A stretch of DNA of 64,000 bases, from NCBI GenBank assembly GCA_013359265.1, contig JABWCD010000005.1, positions 73,678 to 137,677 of the forward strand, written 5' to 3'. Each line of letters starts with the position of its first letter. Position 1 is the first letter of the stretch. The notes beneath the pieces were generated by a model, which saw only the letters and a program-made list of their open reading frames with translations, was not told the DNA's origin and searched no databases. Made by a program: the position numbers and the translations under genes. The stretch is from Candidatus Hydrogenedentota bacterium. GTDB taxonomy: Bacteria > Hydrogenedentota > Hydrogenedentia > Hydrogenedentales > SLHB01. This document shows positions 37,261-47,207 of the stretch, one piece after another.

Positions 37261-38046
37261 ATGTCTGACGCAATAACATTGTCCCACGAAGGTACGGCCT
37301 CTGTCGTTACGCTCACGCTTCCCCCGTTTAACCTGTTGGATATCGAGACGATGGAGCAGCTCGTTGCGATTCATCGCGAGGCAGACGCGCACGAGGGGAC
37401 GCGGGTCATTGTCACGCGATCCGGGTTGGACGGGATGTTTTGTAACGGGCTGAATCCGATGACTGTGTTGGACGCCGACCTCGCTGGGCGAAGGGCCATC
37501 TTCGAGGCCGTTGGCCGGTTGGCGGCGGGATTGTACACGCTGACCAAGCCGCATATTGCCGTACTCAATGGACCCGCAATGGCCGGCGGAGCGGTGTTGG
37601 CGATTCTCGCGGACTTTCGCTACATTGACGCGGAGCGCGGCGCAATTTGCTTCGCGGAGGCGAAGGTGGGCGTACCGATTCCCGAGGGACTCGTAGCGGT
37701 AATCGGCAATGTCTGCCAGACGCCGGCAATGCGCGAGGTGGTGATGCTGGGCAAGAATTTCGACGCGCAGAGCGCGTTGAACGTCGGCTTGGTCGATGGC
37801 ATCGCGACGCGAGACGGGCTCGATGAGATAGTCGCAAAGCAGGTGGCGCGGTTGTCGCGGCTTAGCTTGGACGTGCTTGTCGCGTCGAAAGCGTCGCTGC
37901 GCGCGGCGGTGCGCGCGAAAGCCGTCGATCCCTTTGCATCGGGCTCGAGCAACGGTAAGCATTTCATGGATTTCATTGGCGACGACTACCTCGGCGAAGG
38001 GTTGCGCGCTTTTATGGAAGGACGGCAGCCGGTGTTTACAAAGTAA
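37261..38046 (+). CDS. Enoyl-CoA hydratase/isomerase (crotonase) family protein
   Basis: Crotonase fold motifs (AVLNGPAMAGGAVLAILADFRY, FAEAKVGV); GAGGAG lies 7 nt upstream. Confidence 0.8.
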   Translation: MSDAITLSHEGTASVVTLTLPPFNLLDIETMEQLVAIHREADAHEGTRVIVTRSGLDGMFCNGLNPMTVLDADLAGRRAIFEAVGRLAAGLYTLTKPHIAVLNGPAMAGGAVLAILADFRYIDAERGAICFAEAKVGVPIPEGLVAVIGNVCQTPAMREVVMLGKNFDAQSALNVGLVDGIATRDGLDEIVAKQVARLSRLSLDVLVASKASLRAAVRAKAVDPFASGSSNGKHFMDFIGDDYLGEGLRAFMEGRQPVFTK

Positions 38047-38152
38047 CTGGGAAACGGGAAACGTGTTTCGGAAGAACCTGCGAGCGTTCACGCGAGTACA
38101 AGATTGTCACTCGCGATCACGTGTCCAATGCGTTCGCAGGGCTGTAACCCTC

Positions 38153-38941
38153 TCAGGCGGCGCTCCAATTCGGACTTAACTCGATGTCGCACAGGTTCGC
38201 GATCGAATCGACGATCACGTCGGGACGATAGGCGAACTTTTTGAGGTCTTCGTGCCGTGTGCCGCCGCTGAGGACGAGAATCGTGCGATAACCCATCTGT
38301 AACCCGCCGACAATGTCCGTTTCCATGGTGTCGCCGATCATGGTGCACTGCTCGGCAGACAGGCCCAATTCCTTTCGCGCGGCGCGCATCATGATCGGGT
38401 TGGGTTTGCCGACGCTGAACGCCGGGATGCCGGTGGCGCTTTCGAGCATGGCGGTGATTGCGCCACAGCCGGGTCGAATGCCGTCTGCAGTGGGGCAGTT
38501 GGGGTCCATGTTCGTCGAGACCAGTTTCGCGCCGTTGAAAATCATGCGCGTTGCCCGCTCCATGATCTCGAATGTCATCGTGCGGCCTTCGCCGACGACG
38601 ACATAATCCGGATCGCTGTCTACGATTGCGTATCCGTTCGCGTGCAACGCCTGGAGCAAGCCGCCTTCGCCGATGACGAACGCGGTGCCGTTCGGTTTTT
38701 GCGCCGCGAGAAAACGGGCGGTCGCCATCGCACACGTGTAGATGTGGCGTTCTTCAACGGCAATGCCCATGCGCTGCAGGCGCGTCGCAACGTCGCGGCG
38801 CGTTCGCTGGCTGTTGTTTGTAAGAAACATGAACGGCACATCCATTTCGCGCAACCGGCGGATGAACTGGTCCGCGCCGGCGATCAACTGTGTGCCGCGG
38901 TAGATAACGCCATCCATATCGATCAGGTAACCACGCTTCAT
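38153..38941 (-). CDS. HAD-superfamily hydrolase, subfamily IIA (NagD-like sugar phosphatase)
   Basis: DMDGVIY motif I, FLTNNS motif II, GDTMETDIVGG motif IV. Confidence 0.8.
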   Translation of the reverse strand: MKRGYLIDMDGVIYRGTQLIAGADQFIRRLREMDVPFMFLTNNSQRTRRDVATRLQRMGIAVEERHIYTCAMATARFLAAQKPNGTAFVIGEGGLLQALHANGYAIVDSDPDYVVVGEGRTMTFEIMERATRMIFNGAKLVSTNMDPNCPTADGIRPGCGAITAMLESATGIPAFSVGKPNPIMMRAARKELGLSAEQCTMIGDTMETDIVGGLQMGYRTILVLSGGTRHEDLKKFAYRPDVIVDSIANLCDIELSPNWSAA

Positions 38942-39273
38942 ATCAGAACTACTGCTCCTTGCTATTTACTACTGGCCCGTCACCGGCTGCACGAACTATG
39001 CGCGACCGAGGTGTGGACCCGGTTAGGGTTTCGATTAAATCAGGTTTGGTAGAGGCAACTCACGGGCCAACGTTGGGGAGATTCGCCGTAACCTGCGCGC
39101 TGGCATGGGATTGCGTGATGCCATGAACGGTTTCTCCATGAGAAACGCGCGCAGAATTCGCTACGGCGACGTAGGAGGTATTGTCGAAACATACCGTGGT
39201 GTAGGCAGTTATAGGGCAGTAGTTCCCGCGAAAGACCGAATCTCGATCGAGCGAAACAGCTTGGGCGCGGAGT

Positions 39274-39314
39274 CGAAAAATGGTCGGGGCGACTGGATTC
39301 GAACCAGCGACCCC
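39274..39314 (-). repeat. Partial 3' fragment of tRNA-Pro (T-arm, acceptor 3' strand and CCA, plus 6 nt of flank): att-like direct repeat marking the distal end of the island
   Basis: A 41-nt block exactly identical to 48611-48651, followed by weaker similarity. No complementary 5' acceptor strand is present, so this is not a functional tRNA. Confidence 0.8.
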
Positions 39315-39485
39315 TGCCCAGGCTGCACGATGTGCGCAGTGCACCGCCATAGAACGTCCTTTCGTTGGCCCGCCTCAATCTTGATCCGCCAGCGCACACC
39401 CTGTTACATATCAGTCTAACGGGTGCATGGCGTGTCGGGCGCAGGCAATGACCGTCCCCCGTTGGGATTCGAGTGGGGAGAATTC

Positions 39486-42400
39486 ATGGCCGAGAAGCCC
39501 AATCCTAGAAGCGAGCCGCGCGGCAAAGACCTGTTCATTGTCGACAACAGCGACACGGACTGGAAGGTCAAGAGCTACCTCCAGGAATGGACAGAGGTCG
39601 CGCATCAGTTCGACATTGCCACGGGATATTTCGAGGTGGGCGCACTGCTTGCGCTGGACGGTCAGTGGCAGAAGCTCGACAAGGTCCGCATTCTCATGGG
39701 CGACGAGGTCAGCCTCCGCACCAAACGTGCTTTCACAAACGGACTCGCCAAGGTCGAAATGGCGCTCGACGCGAGCATCGAAAAGGAAAAAGAAACGAAC
39801 GACTTTCTCCACGGCGTACCGGGGATTGTCGAGGGCATTCGGTCGAACAAAATCGAGTGCCGCGTCTACACGAAAGACAAATTCCACGCCAAGGCCTTTA
39901 TCACCCACGGCAAGCTCGCCGTTGTCGGCTCGACCGCCTTGGTCGGCTCCAGCAACTTCACTTACCCGGGTCTGACGGACAATGTCGAGCTGAACGTCCA
40001 GATTCAGCGCGAGGTCAAGGACCTTCAAGAGTGGTACGAACGCCACTGGAACGAAGCGAAGGACGTTTCGGAAGATGTCCTCCGCGTCATCGAACGCCAC
40101 ACGCGCGAGTTCACGCCCTTCGAGGTATACGTCAAGGCGCTTCAGGAGTTCTTCCGAGGCCACGAACTGACGGCATCGGAATGGGAACTGACCAAATCGC
40201 TGATGTACCCCAAACTGGATCAATACCAGAAAGAGGGCTACCACGCGCTGCTCAAAATCGCCATGCAACACAAGGGCGCTTTTCTCTGCGACGGCGTCGG
40301 TTTGGGCAAGACGTTTATCGGCATGATGCTGATCGAACGCCTCACGATGTTCGACCGCAAACGTGTCGCGCTATTCGTCCCAAAGGCTGCTCGCAAGCCA
40401 GTCTGGGAAGCCGCGCTCAGAAAGTATCTGCCCAATCTCGGCGGGGACTTTACGAACCTTGTGATTTACAACCACACCGACTTGCAGCGGGGCGGCGAAT
40501 ATCAGTCGCGCTTGGCCCGACTGAAAGACATGGCTGACGTGGTGATAATCGACGAAGCGCATCACTTCCGCAATCCCGGCGTAAAGGGCGAAGGCACGAA
40601 GCGGCCCTCACGGTACTGGCACATGTTTGACCTGTGCGAAGGCAAGACGGTGTTCATGCTCACCGCGACGCCCATCAACAACAGTCTACTCGACTTTCAG
40701 CACATGATCGAGCTGTTCAGCCGCCGCGAGTCGGCGTATTTCCAGAACACAGTCGGAATCCATTCCCTCGCTGGCCATTTTCGCAAGCTGGAGAAGGCGC
40801 TGGAACGCGCCGTTGGCATCGGCGTGGAACAGATGGAACTGCCCATCGAAGTGAATCAGGCGGAAGCCGCCGAAGTCATTACCGGCGATCCCCTCCTGAC
40901 AAAGCTGGTCGTGCAGCGCAGCCGCGCCTACGTGCGTAAGAGCCAAGAACAACACGACGGGCGGACAGCCATTTTCCCCGAACGCCAGGCCCCGCAGGTC
41001 GCGGATTACTCGATCAAGAAAACATACGGGCGCTTGTTGAAAATGCTTGAGGACGCATTCAACAAGGAAAAGCCGCTATTCTCGCTCGCCATCTACTACC
41101 CATTGGCCTACTACAAAGGGCCGAACGACGCGATTGACACCAAGCTGGAAAACCGGCAAAAGCAGGTCGTCAGCCTGATCCGCACGCAGTTCCTAAAGCG
41201 ATTCGAAAGCTCGGCGCGCGCGTTCCAAATGTCTTGTCAGGCGCTGATGCTCAAGCTGCTTGCCTTCGCGACAAAGCACAGCACGTCGATCACCGAGAAA
41301 CACCGGCTGGAACGGTGGAAGGGACAACACGAGGACCTCATCGGATACGTCCGCGAGCATCAGCACGAATTCTGGGGCGACGCGGAGGAAGACGACGCGG
41401 ACGCGGACATCATCACCGATGAAATGATGGAAGACATCGACGAACTTCACGAAGACGAGTACAACATCGATGAAATCCTGTCCGAAACTTTCCTCGACCT
41501 CGACCAGGTCGCCGCATTCCTTCAGGAACTACAGAAGTTCAAGCCATCGCACGACGACAAGCTGAAGGCCCTCGTGAAACTGCTGAAATCAGACCCCGTG
41601 CTCAAAGAGCACAAGGTTATTATCTTCTCCGAATACATGGCGACGGCTCGCTATCTCAGGAAGCAACTGGAAGAACAGGGCTTTACCCGCGTCGACGAAG
41701 TGGACTCCGCCAGCAAGAAAGACCGGGGCGTGGTCATCACCCGCTTCGCGCCGTACTACAACGATTCGTCGTCGGGAAAGCTGGCGGAGGAGGGTCACGA
41801 TGAAACGGGCATCCTTATCGCCACGGACGTGCTCTCCGAAGGCCTGAACCTCCAGGACGCGACGCGGCTCATCAATTACGACCTCCACTGGAACCCTGTC
41901 CGCCTCATGCAGCGCATTGGCCGCGTGGACCGCCGCATGAACCCGGATGTCGAGGCCGCGATTCTCAAGGACCATCCGGAACAAGAGAAGATTCGCGGCA
42001 AGGTCGCCTACTGGAACTTCCTGCCCCCGGACGAACTGGACGAACTGCTCCGGCTGTATTCGCTCGTGTCGCACAAGACGCTGAAGATTTCGAAAACGCT
42101 CGGTATCGAAGGCAAAAAGCTGCTCCGGCCCGAAGACGACTACGAGGCCCTGAAAGACTTCAACCACGCCTACGAAGGCACGCCCAGCGGCGACGAGGCA
42201 ATGCACCTCGAATACCAGCGACTATTGAAGGAACACCCCGGTTTGGAGGAACGGCTAAACGCGTTGCCCAAGCGGGTATTCTCCGGGAAGGAACACCCTA
42301 AGCCGGGCACCAAGGCCGTCTTCTTCTGTTTCTCGCTGCCCGCGTTCGATACCAGCGTGAAACTCGAAGAGGGCGATCCGGAAACGAACGCCTGGACAGA

Positions 42401-42647
42401 CGACGCGGGCCTCACGCAGTGGTATCTGTACGATCTGGCGACCGAAAATATTCACACCGACGCTGCCGAAATCTTCACAGTGATCCAGAGCGAACCGGAC
42501 ACGCCACGACACCGATCCGTGACGGACGAGACGCTTTCCGAAATTCGCGCTAAGGTTGAAAGACACGTCAAGAACACATACTTCAAGCAAGTTCAGGCTC
42601 CGGTCGGAGTTCGGGCCACGCTCAAATGCTGGATGGAACTAAGCTAG
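39486..42647 (+). CDS. Fusion protein: N-terminal PLD-family nuclease domain plus SNF2-family (SF2) helicase
   Basis: HxK PLD motif (FHAKAFITHGK...GSSNFT). SNF2 Walker A (LCDGVGLGKTF), DEAH box (VIIDEAHHFRNP), helicase-C (ILIATDVLSEGLNLQDA...QRIGRVDR). GGGGAGA RBS before the ATG at 39486. Confidence 0.8.
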   Translation: MAEKPNPRSEPRGKDLFIVDNSDTDWKVKSYLQEWTEVAHQFDIATGYFEVGALLALDGQWQKLDKVRILMGDEVSLRTKRAFTNGLAKVEMALDASIEKEKETNDFLHGVPGIVEGIRSNKIECRVYTKDKFHAKAFITHGKLAVVGSTALVGSSNFTYPGLTDNVELNVQIQREVKDLQEWYERHWNEAKDVSEDVLRVIERHTREFTPFEVYVKALQEFFRGHELTASEWELTKSLMYPKLDQYQKEGYHALLKIAMQHKGAFLCDGVGLGKTFIGMMLIERLTMFDRKRVALFVPKAARKPVWEAALRKYLPNLGGDFTNLVIYNHTDLQRGGEYQSRLARLKDMADVVIIDEAHHFRNPGVKGEGTKRPSRYWHMFDLCEGKTVFMLTATPINNSLLDFQHMIELFSRRESAYFQNTVGIHSLAGHFRKLEKALERAVGIGVEQMELPIEVNQAEAAEVITGDPLLTKLVVQRSRAYVRKSQEQHDGRTAIFPERQAPQVADYSIKKTYGRLLKMLEDAFNKEKPLFSLAIYYPLAYYKGPNDAIDTKLENRQKQVVSLIRTQFLKRFESSARAFQMSCQALMLKLLAFATKHSTSITEKHRLERWKGQHEDLIGYVREHQHEFWGDAEEDDADADIITDEMMEDIDELHEDEYNIDEILSETFLDLDQVAAFLQELQKFKPSHDDKLKALVKLLKSDPVLKEHKVIIFSEYMATARYLRKQLEEQGFTRVDEVDSASKKDRGVVITRFAPYYNDSSSGKLAEEGHDETGILIATDVLSEGLNLQDATRLINYDLHWNPVRLMQRIGRVDRRMNPDVEAAILKDHPEQEKIRGKVAYWNFLPPDELDELLRLYSLVSHKTLKISKTLGIEGKKLLRPEDDYEALKDFNHAYEGTPSGDEAMHLEYQRLLKEHPGLEERLNALPKRVFSGKEHPKPGTKAVFFCFSLPAFDTSVKLEEGDPETNAWTDDAGLTQWYLYDLATENIHTDAAEIFTVIQSEPDTPRHRSVTDETLSEIRAKVERHVKNTYFKQVQAPVGVRATLKCWMELS

Positions 42648-42671
42648 CCGACGAGCAAGGGGATAGGGACC

Positions 42672-43163
42672 ATGCCGTATCGAATCACTGAGAAACTTCA
42701 GGGGGTGAAGGTTTCGGCGGGTACACTGGCCAACGCCGTGTCAACCATCCAAGGTGCAAAAGGTGGCGTTCCCGTATTCAGCTTTGCCAAGGGTGAGTTC
42801 GAACTTCGGCGACTCGATGTTGCAGTCACCATACCCGCCACCGGTGCATGGCCCGGCCCCGTCCAAGTTCGCGTGGCACAACTGCCACGTTTGAAAAAGT
42901 ACTTGGATTTGAAGTCCCTGGACGCGGAAATCGATATTTTGCCCACGCTAAGAGCGTTGAGGATTGGCGAGATTCAGGTTCCTTGCACGTGGCGCGCTAG
43001 GGCGTATGAAATCTTACGGGGCGCAACTGTAATTACATCGCCGGAACACCGACGCAAGTTCGAAGAGGTGGACAAAATAATTGGGAGCAAGTACGCCGCT
43101 CAAGCGATGAAAGATGCGGTCAACCCAAAAGAAGATGAAGAATGGCGCGAGACACTATTCTAA
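42672..43163 (+). CDS. Hypothetical 163-aa protein, second gene of the island cassette
   Basis: GGGGA RBS; 25 nt downstream of the helicase gene; its 3' end overlaps the methyltransferase start by 22 nt. Confidence 0.5.
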   Translation: MPYRITEKLQGVKVSAGTLANAVSTIQGAKGGVPVFSFAKGEFELRRLDVAVTIPATGAWPGPVQVRVAQLPRLKKYLDLKSLDAEIDILPTLRALRIGEIQVPCTWRARAYEILRGATVITSPEHRRKFEEVDKIIGSKYAAQAMKDAVNPKEDEEWRETLF

Positions 43164-46100
43164 GCATCGTTGATTTCCCTAGCCTTGTTACCTTCCTGGC
43201 CGACGAACTCGATTGGCCAATCGAGGACGACCAGTTTGACGACCTCGATGCGCTGGCATTCGACTACACGCCGGACGAACTCAACTTGCCGGACGAACTC
43301 CATGCCCGCGTGCGCAACGTCAAACAAATGCGCCCGCTCACGACCAACCAGCCGTGGGCGGTGTTCTACGTCGAGTTCGAGTCGAAGCGCCTGCCCCTTA
43401 CCGCGCTCCGCCGCATTCTGAATCGGTTCGTCGAGAAAAAGCGCACGTCCGCCGGTGACCGTGTCACGTGGAAAATGCAAGACCTCCTGTTCGTGAATGC
43501 CCACGGCGACGGCGAAGATCGGGGCATGACCTTTGCCCACTTCTCGAAGCCGGACGCGGGCTACACCGCCGTCATGCGCGAGTTCATGTGGACGCGCAAA
43601 GAAACGCACTTGGCCCATATTCACAATTATATCGAGTGCCTCCACTGGCCGGATGACGGTACGAGCCAGAAAGACTGGCGCGAGCAGTGGCGTTCGGCCT
43701 TTGTCGGCTCGAAGCGAAAAGCCATCCGGGACTCGAAAGAATTGGCCCAGGAAATGGCGCACTTCGCGCGGGACGTGCGCAAGCGCGTCGGTGAAGTGCT
43801 GGACATTACGCGCAAACGGCAGTTTGAGCCATTGCAGCAACTGTACAAGGCATTCAAGACGCTCTTAATCCATGACCTGTCGGAGGACGATTTCGCCGAC
43901 ACCTACGCGCAGACCCTTGCGTATGGACTGTTTGCGGCGCGCGCGGCCCATCCCAACGAATCATTTGACGTGGCCCACGCGCCGGAGCGCATTCCGCCTA
44001 CAAATCCTTTCCTACAGGGCCTATTCGCGCAGTGCTTGGGTCTGACAAAGGTTGGCGGTGGGAAGATCGACATTGAAGAAATCGGCGTGGGCCGATTGGT
44101 TGAACTCTTCGAGGGCCTGCGCCCCGAGGATACGACACGCATTCTCAACGAATTCGGGTCGCAGACCGGCGATCCAGTCATTCACTTCTACGAGGAATTC
44201 CTGACGGAATACGACAAGCGGAAGAAGGTTCAGCGCGGTGTGTTCTACACGCCCAAGCCGGTCGTGTCCTACATCGTGCGCAGCGTACACGAATTGCTTC
44301 AGACCGAGTTTGGGCTTGAGGACGGTCTTGCTTCGACCGATACGTGGGCAGATATGGCCGCACGATTTCCGAAATTAAAGATTCCGGATGAAGTAAACTC
44401 GAAATCCGCTTTCGTACAAATTCTCGATCCCGCTACCGGCACCGCCACCTTCCTCGTGGAGGTTATCGAAGTAATTCATCGCACACTGACCGAGCGGTGG
44501 AAGCGCGAGAAGGTTTCCGCGCAACAGCAGCAGGTCCTGTGGAATCAGTATGTCGTCAAGCACCTTCTTCCGCGACTCCACGGCTACGAACTCATGATGG
44601 CCCCCTACACCATCGCCCACATGAAAATTGGGCTGAAGTTGAGAGAACTGAATTTCACCGCACTCCAATCACTTGGTGCGAATGACCGGGTTCGAGTATA
44701 TCTCACAAATGCGCTAGAAGAACCTGACGATGCAAGCGGTCAAGCGCAAATCGAACAATGCACCCCCGCGCTCGCGCGAGAAGCCACTGAGGTTGGAAAG
44801 ATTAAGCGTGGCACGGTTTTTACAGTTGTAATTGGTAATCCGCCATACTCCGGGATATCGGCCAATCTGTCAACTGCAATGCGCCGCAGTGTCGACCCGT
44901 ACCGTTTTGTGGATGGCGATCCAATTAGGGAAAAAAGTGCGCTCCAATTCGAGAAGAATCTCAACGACGATTATGTGAAGTTTTTTCGTTTTGCCGAGAA
45001 GCAAATAGAGAAACGAGTTGGTCTTATCGGCCTCATCACAAACAATGGCTATCTGGAAAGCGCGACCCTGCGTGGCATGAGGAATCACTTGCTGCAATCG
45101 TTTGGTCGGCGTTGGTTCCTAGATCTGCATGGTGATGCTGACAAGCGAGAGCGTGATGAACTGGACCAGACAGACGAGAATGTCTTTGAGATAAAGCGCG
45201 GGGTTTGCATCGCACTCCTCGTTCGCCGTCCGAAGATCCATCTAGCCGACAACGAGTTGTTCAGACAGGACATACGAGGAAGTTCTGGGCACAAGTATCA
45301 TTGGCTAACCACTAATTCGATTTTGTCCACGCGGTTTTCTGCATTCGCAGCTAGAGAACCAAACTACTATTTCTTTGCGCGCAACGCCGAAACGGAGGCC
45401 GAATATAACCAAGCGATTCCTATGGTCGAACTTTATGGAATAAACTCGACCGGCTTTGAATCTGGACGTGACGAGATCCTTACCGACTTTACTGCAATGG
45501 AACTTCGATCCAAACTTGTGCATTTTGCGACGTCACCAAAGGACGAGATTGTCCAAAGGTACTCTGTTTCCGAAGCGTGGGGAAAGAAACTATTCGATGA
45601 AAGGGCGACCATCGTCGCGGAAAAGGATTTTGCGAGGCATATCACGCCTTTCTTGTTTGGCCCTTTCGACTTGCGATACTGCTTCTACCGAAAAGACCTC
45701 TTGAAGACAAACAGTCACAGCGCGGGGAAACATCTCCTTGCAGGACAAAATGTTGCCCTGATGGTAATGCGGCAAGTCTCCATTGATGGCCCATTTACGC
45801 ATATTGGCGTGTCCAAAGTCATTCCAAACAACCGGTGTTTCTATAGTACCAAAGGGAAAATCTCATATTTTCCGCACGAACTCTTAGCTGGTGATCGAGA
45901 CCTGCCGTATTCGAGAGATCGATTTGTAGGATCTAACTTCAGACCGCAGGCATTGGCGCGAATCAAACGTCTTCTTAAACCCCACCAATCTGAGACCGAA
46001 CTCTCTGATCGAGCAGTGTTCGACTATGCTTACGCGGTGTTTCACAGTCCCGGCTACAGGAGCCGCTACGCGGAGTTTTTGAAGACCGATTTCCCGCGCT

Positions 46101-47158
46101 TGCCGTTAACCGGGAACCTGGAACTGTTCGGCGCGCTGGCCCGGCTCGGCGGCGAACTCGTCGCTCTGCACCTGCTGGAATCGCCCAAGCTCGACAAACC
46201 AATTACCGAATTTATTGGTGGGCGGAATCCCGAGGTCGAAAAGGTCTCGTGGTCGAATAACACCGTGTGGGTGGACAAGGCACAGACCACCGGCTTCCAG
46301 GGCGTGCGCGAGGACGTGTGGAACTTCCATGTCGGCGGCTATCAGGTCTGTGAGAAATGGCTCAAAGACCGCAGAGGCCGCACGCTGTCGGACGACGACA
46401 TCGCGCACTACCACAAAATCGTCGTCGCGCTCACCGAGACCATCCGGATCATGAAGGAAATCGATGAGGTCATCGACCAACACGGCGGCTGGCCCGGCGC
46501 TTTCTTGACGGGCAATTCCGCGGCGACGGTCCCCCCGGAAGCATCCGAGACAGTAGATCTCACATCAGCAAATAACGAACCAGAGTCACCCTGCGCCGCC
46601 GCCGATGAACCTGATCTGTTTTCATCCGTCGAGTCAGTCGGCTCCGACGAACTGGAGGGCGCCGCCGAGGAGTTGCCGGAAGTGCAGGACGAGGACGATG
46701 CGCCAAGTTATCGTCCGATCAGCGAGGTGCCGCGCGAGGAAGTGCTGTGCGCGGTGCGTAAGATACTCACCGCCGAATCGCCCTTGGACCGGGACGACCT
46801 GCTGAAACGCCTAGCCGAAGAGTTCGGTTATCAGCGGCTCGGCCCGAAGGCGCGCGACTTGCTCGAAGACGATCTGAAGACGGCAGTGCGCCGTGGCATC
46901 GCCAAGCGTAACAGCAACGAATACTCGCTGATCGCGCGCGGCATCAACGGCTACAACCGCAACTGGCTCAAAGACTGTTTCGTCAGCGCAACGGGCCGCA
47001 CGTGGATTTCCCGCGAGGACGCCATCCGCCAGTTTGCGCGGCACCTCGGATTCGCCCGCACCGGCAGCGCTATCGAGGACATGGCCCGCTCCCTCATTAA
47101 AGGCCTCCTCCGCGAGGGGCGGCTCGAATCCGACGGCCCGAATATTCGACGGGTGTAG
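43142..47158 (+). CDS. Giant (1338 aa) gamma-class N6-adenine DNA methyltransferase, type IIG/ISP- or BREX-PglX-like, with acidic linker and extra C-terminal domain
   Basis: Motif order FYTP (X), then ILDPATGTATFL (I), then VIGNPPYSG (IV). Long central/TRD-like region, an acidic linker ELEGAAEELPEVQDEDD, and a ~150-aa C-terminal domain. Confidence 0.75.
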   Translation: MARDTILSIVDFPSLVTFLADELDWPIEDDQFDDLDALAFDYTPDELNLPDELHARVRNVKQMRPLTTNQPWAVFYVEFESKRLPLTALRRILNRFVEKKRTSAGDRVTWKMQDLLFVNAHGDGEDRGMTFAHFSKPDAGYTAVMREFMWTRKETHLAHIHNYIECLHWPDDGTSQKDWREQWRSAFVGSKRKAIRDSKELAQEMAHFARDVRKRVGEVLDITRKRQFEPLQQLYKAFKTLLIHDLSEDDFADTYAQTLAYGLFAARAAHPNESFDVAHAPERIPPTNPFLQGLFAQCLGLTKVGGGKIDIEEIGVGRLVELFEGLRPEDTTRILNEFGSQTGDPVIHFYEEFLTEYDKRKKVQRGVFYTPKPVVSYIVRSVHELLQTEFGLEDGLASTDTWADMAARFPKLKIPDEVNSKSAFVQILDPATGTATFLVEVIEVIHRTLTERWKREKVSAQQQQVLWNQYVVKHLLPRLHGYELMMAPYTIAHMKIGLKLRELNFTALQSLGANDRVRVYLTNALEEPDDASGQAQIEQCTPALAREATEVGKIKRGTVFTVVIGNPPYSGISANLSTAMRRSVDPYRFVDGDPIREKSALQFEKNLNDDYVKFFRFAEKQIEKRVGLIGLITNNGYLESATLRGMRNHLLQSFGRRWFLDLHGDADKRERDELDQTDENVFEIKRGVCIALLVRRPKIHLADNELFRQDIRGSSGHKYHWLTTNSILSTRFSAFAAREPNYYFFARNAETEAEYNQAIPMVELYGINSTGFESGRDEILTDFTAMELRSKLVHFATSPKDEIVQRYSVSEAWGKKLFDERATIVAEKDFARHITPFLFGPFDLRYCFYRKDLLKTNSHSAGKHLLAGQNVALMVMRQVSIDGPFTHIGVSKVIPNNRCFYSTKGKISYFPHELLAGDRDLPYSRDRFVGSNFRPQALARIKRLLKPHQSETELSDRAVFDYAYAVFHSPGYRSRYAEFLKTDFPRLPLTGNLELFGALARLGGELVALHLLESPKLDKPITEFIGGRNPEVEKVSWSNNTVWVDKAQTTGFQGVREDVWNFHVGGYQVCEKWLKDRRGRTLSDDDIAHYHKIVVALTETIRIMKEIDEVIDQHGGWPGAFLTGNSAATVPPEASETVDLTSANNEPESPCAAADEPDLFSSVESVGSDELEGAAEELPEVQDEDDAPSYRPISEVPREEVLCAVRKILTAESPLDRDDLLKRLAEEFGYQRLGPKARDLLEDDLKTAVRRGIAKRNSNEYSLIARGINGYNRNWLKDCFVSATGRTWISREDAIRQFARHLGFARTGSAIEDMARSLIKGLLREGRLESDGPNIRRV

Positions 47159-47207
47159 AACATTGACGAGCAATGATCAGCACCAATCCAACTACGAGGT
47201 TTAACGA

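Noticed and set aside
39274-39360. Possible second complete tRNA at 39274-39360
   Set aside because: Only the T-arm and 3' acceptor strand match. The upstream sequence cannot pair with CGCCCCG to form an acceptor stem, so this is a partial att-site duplicate.
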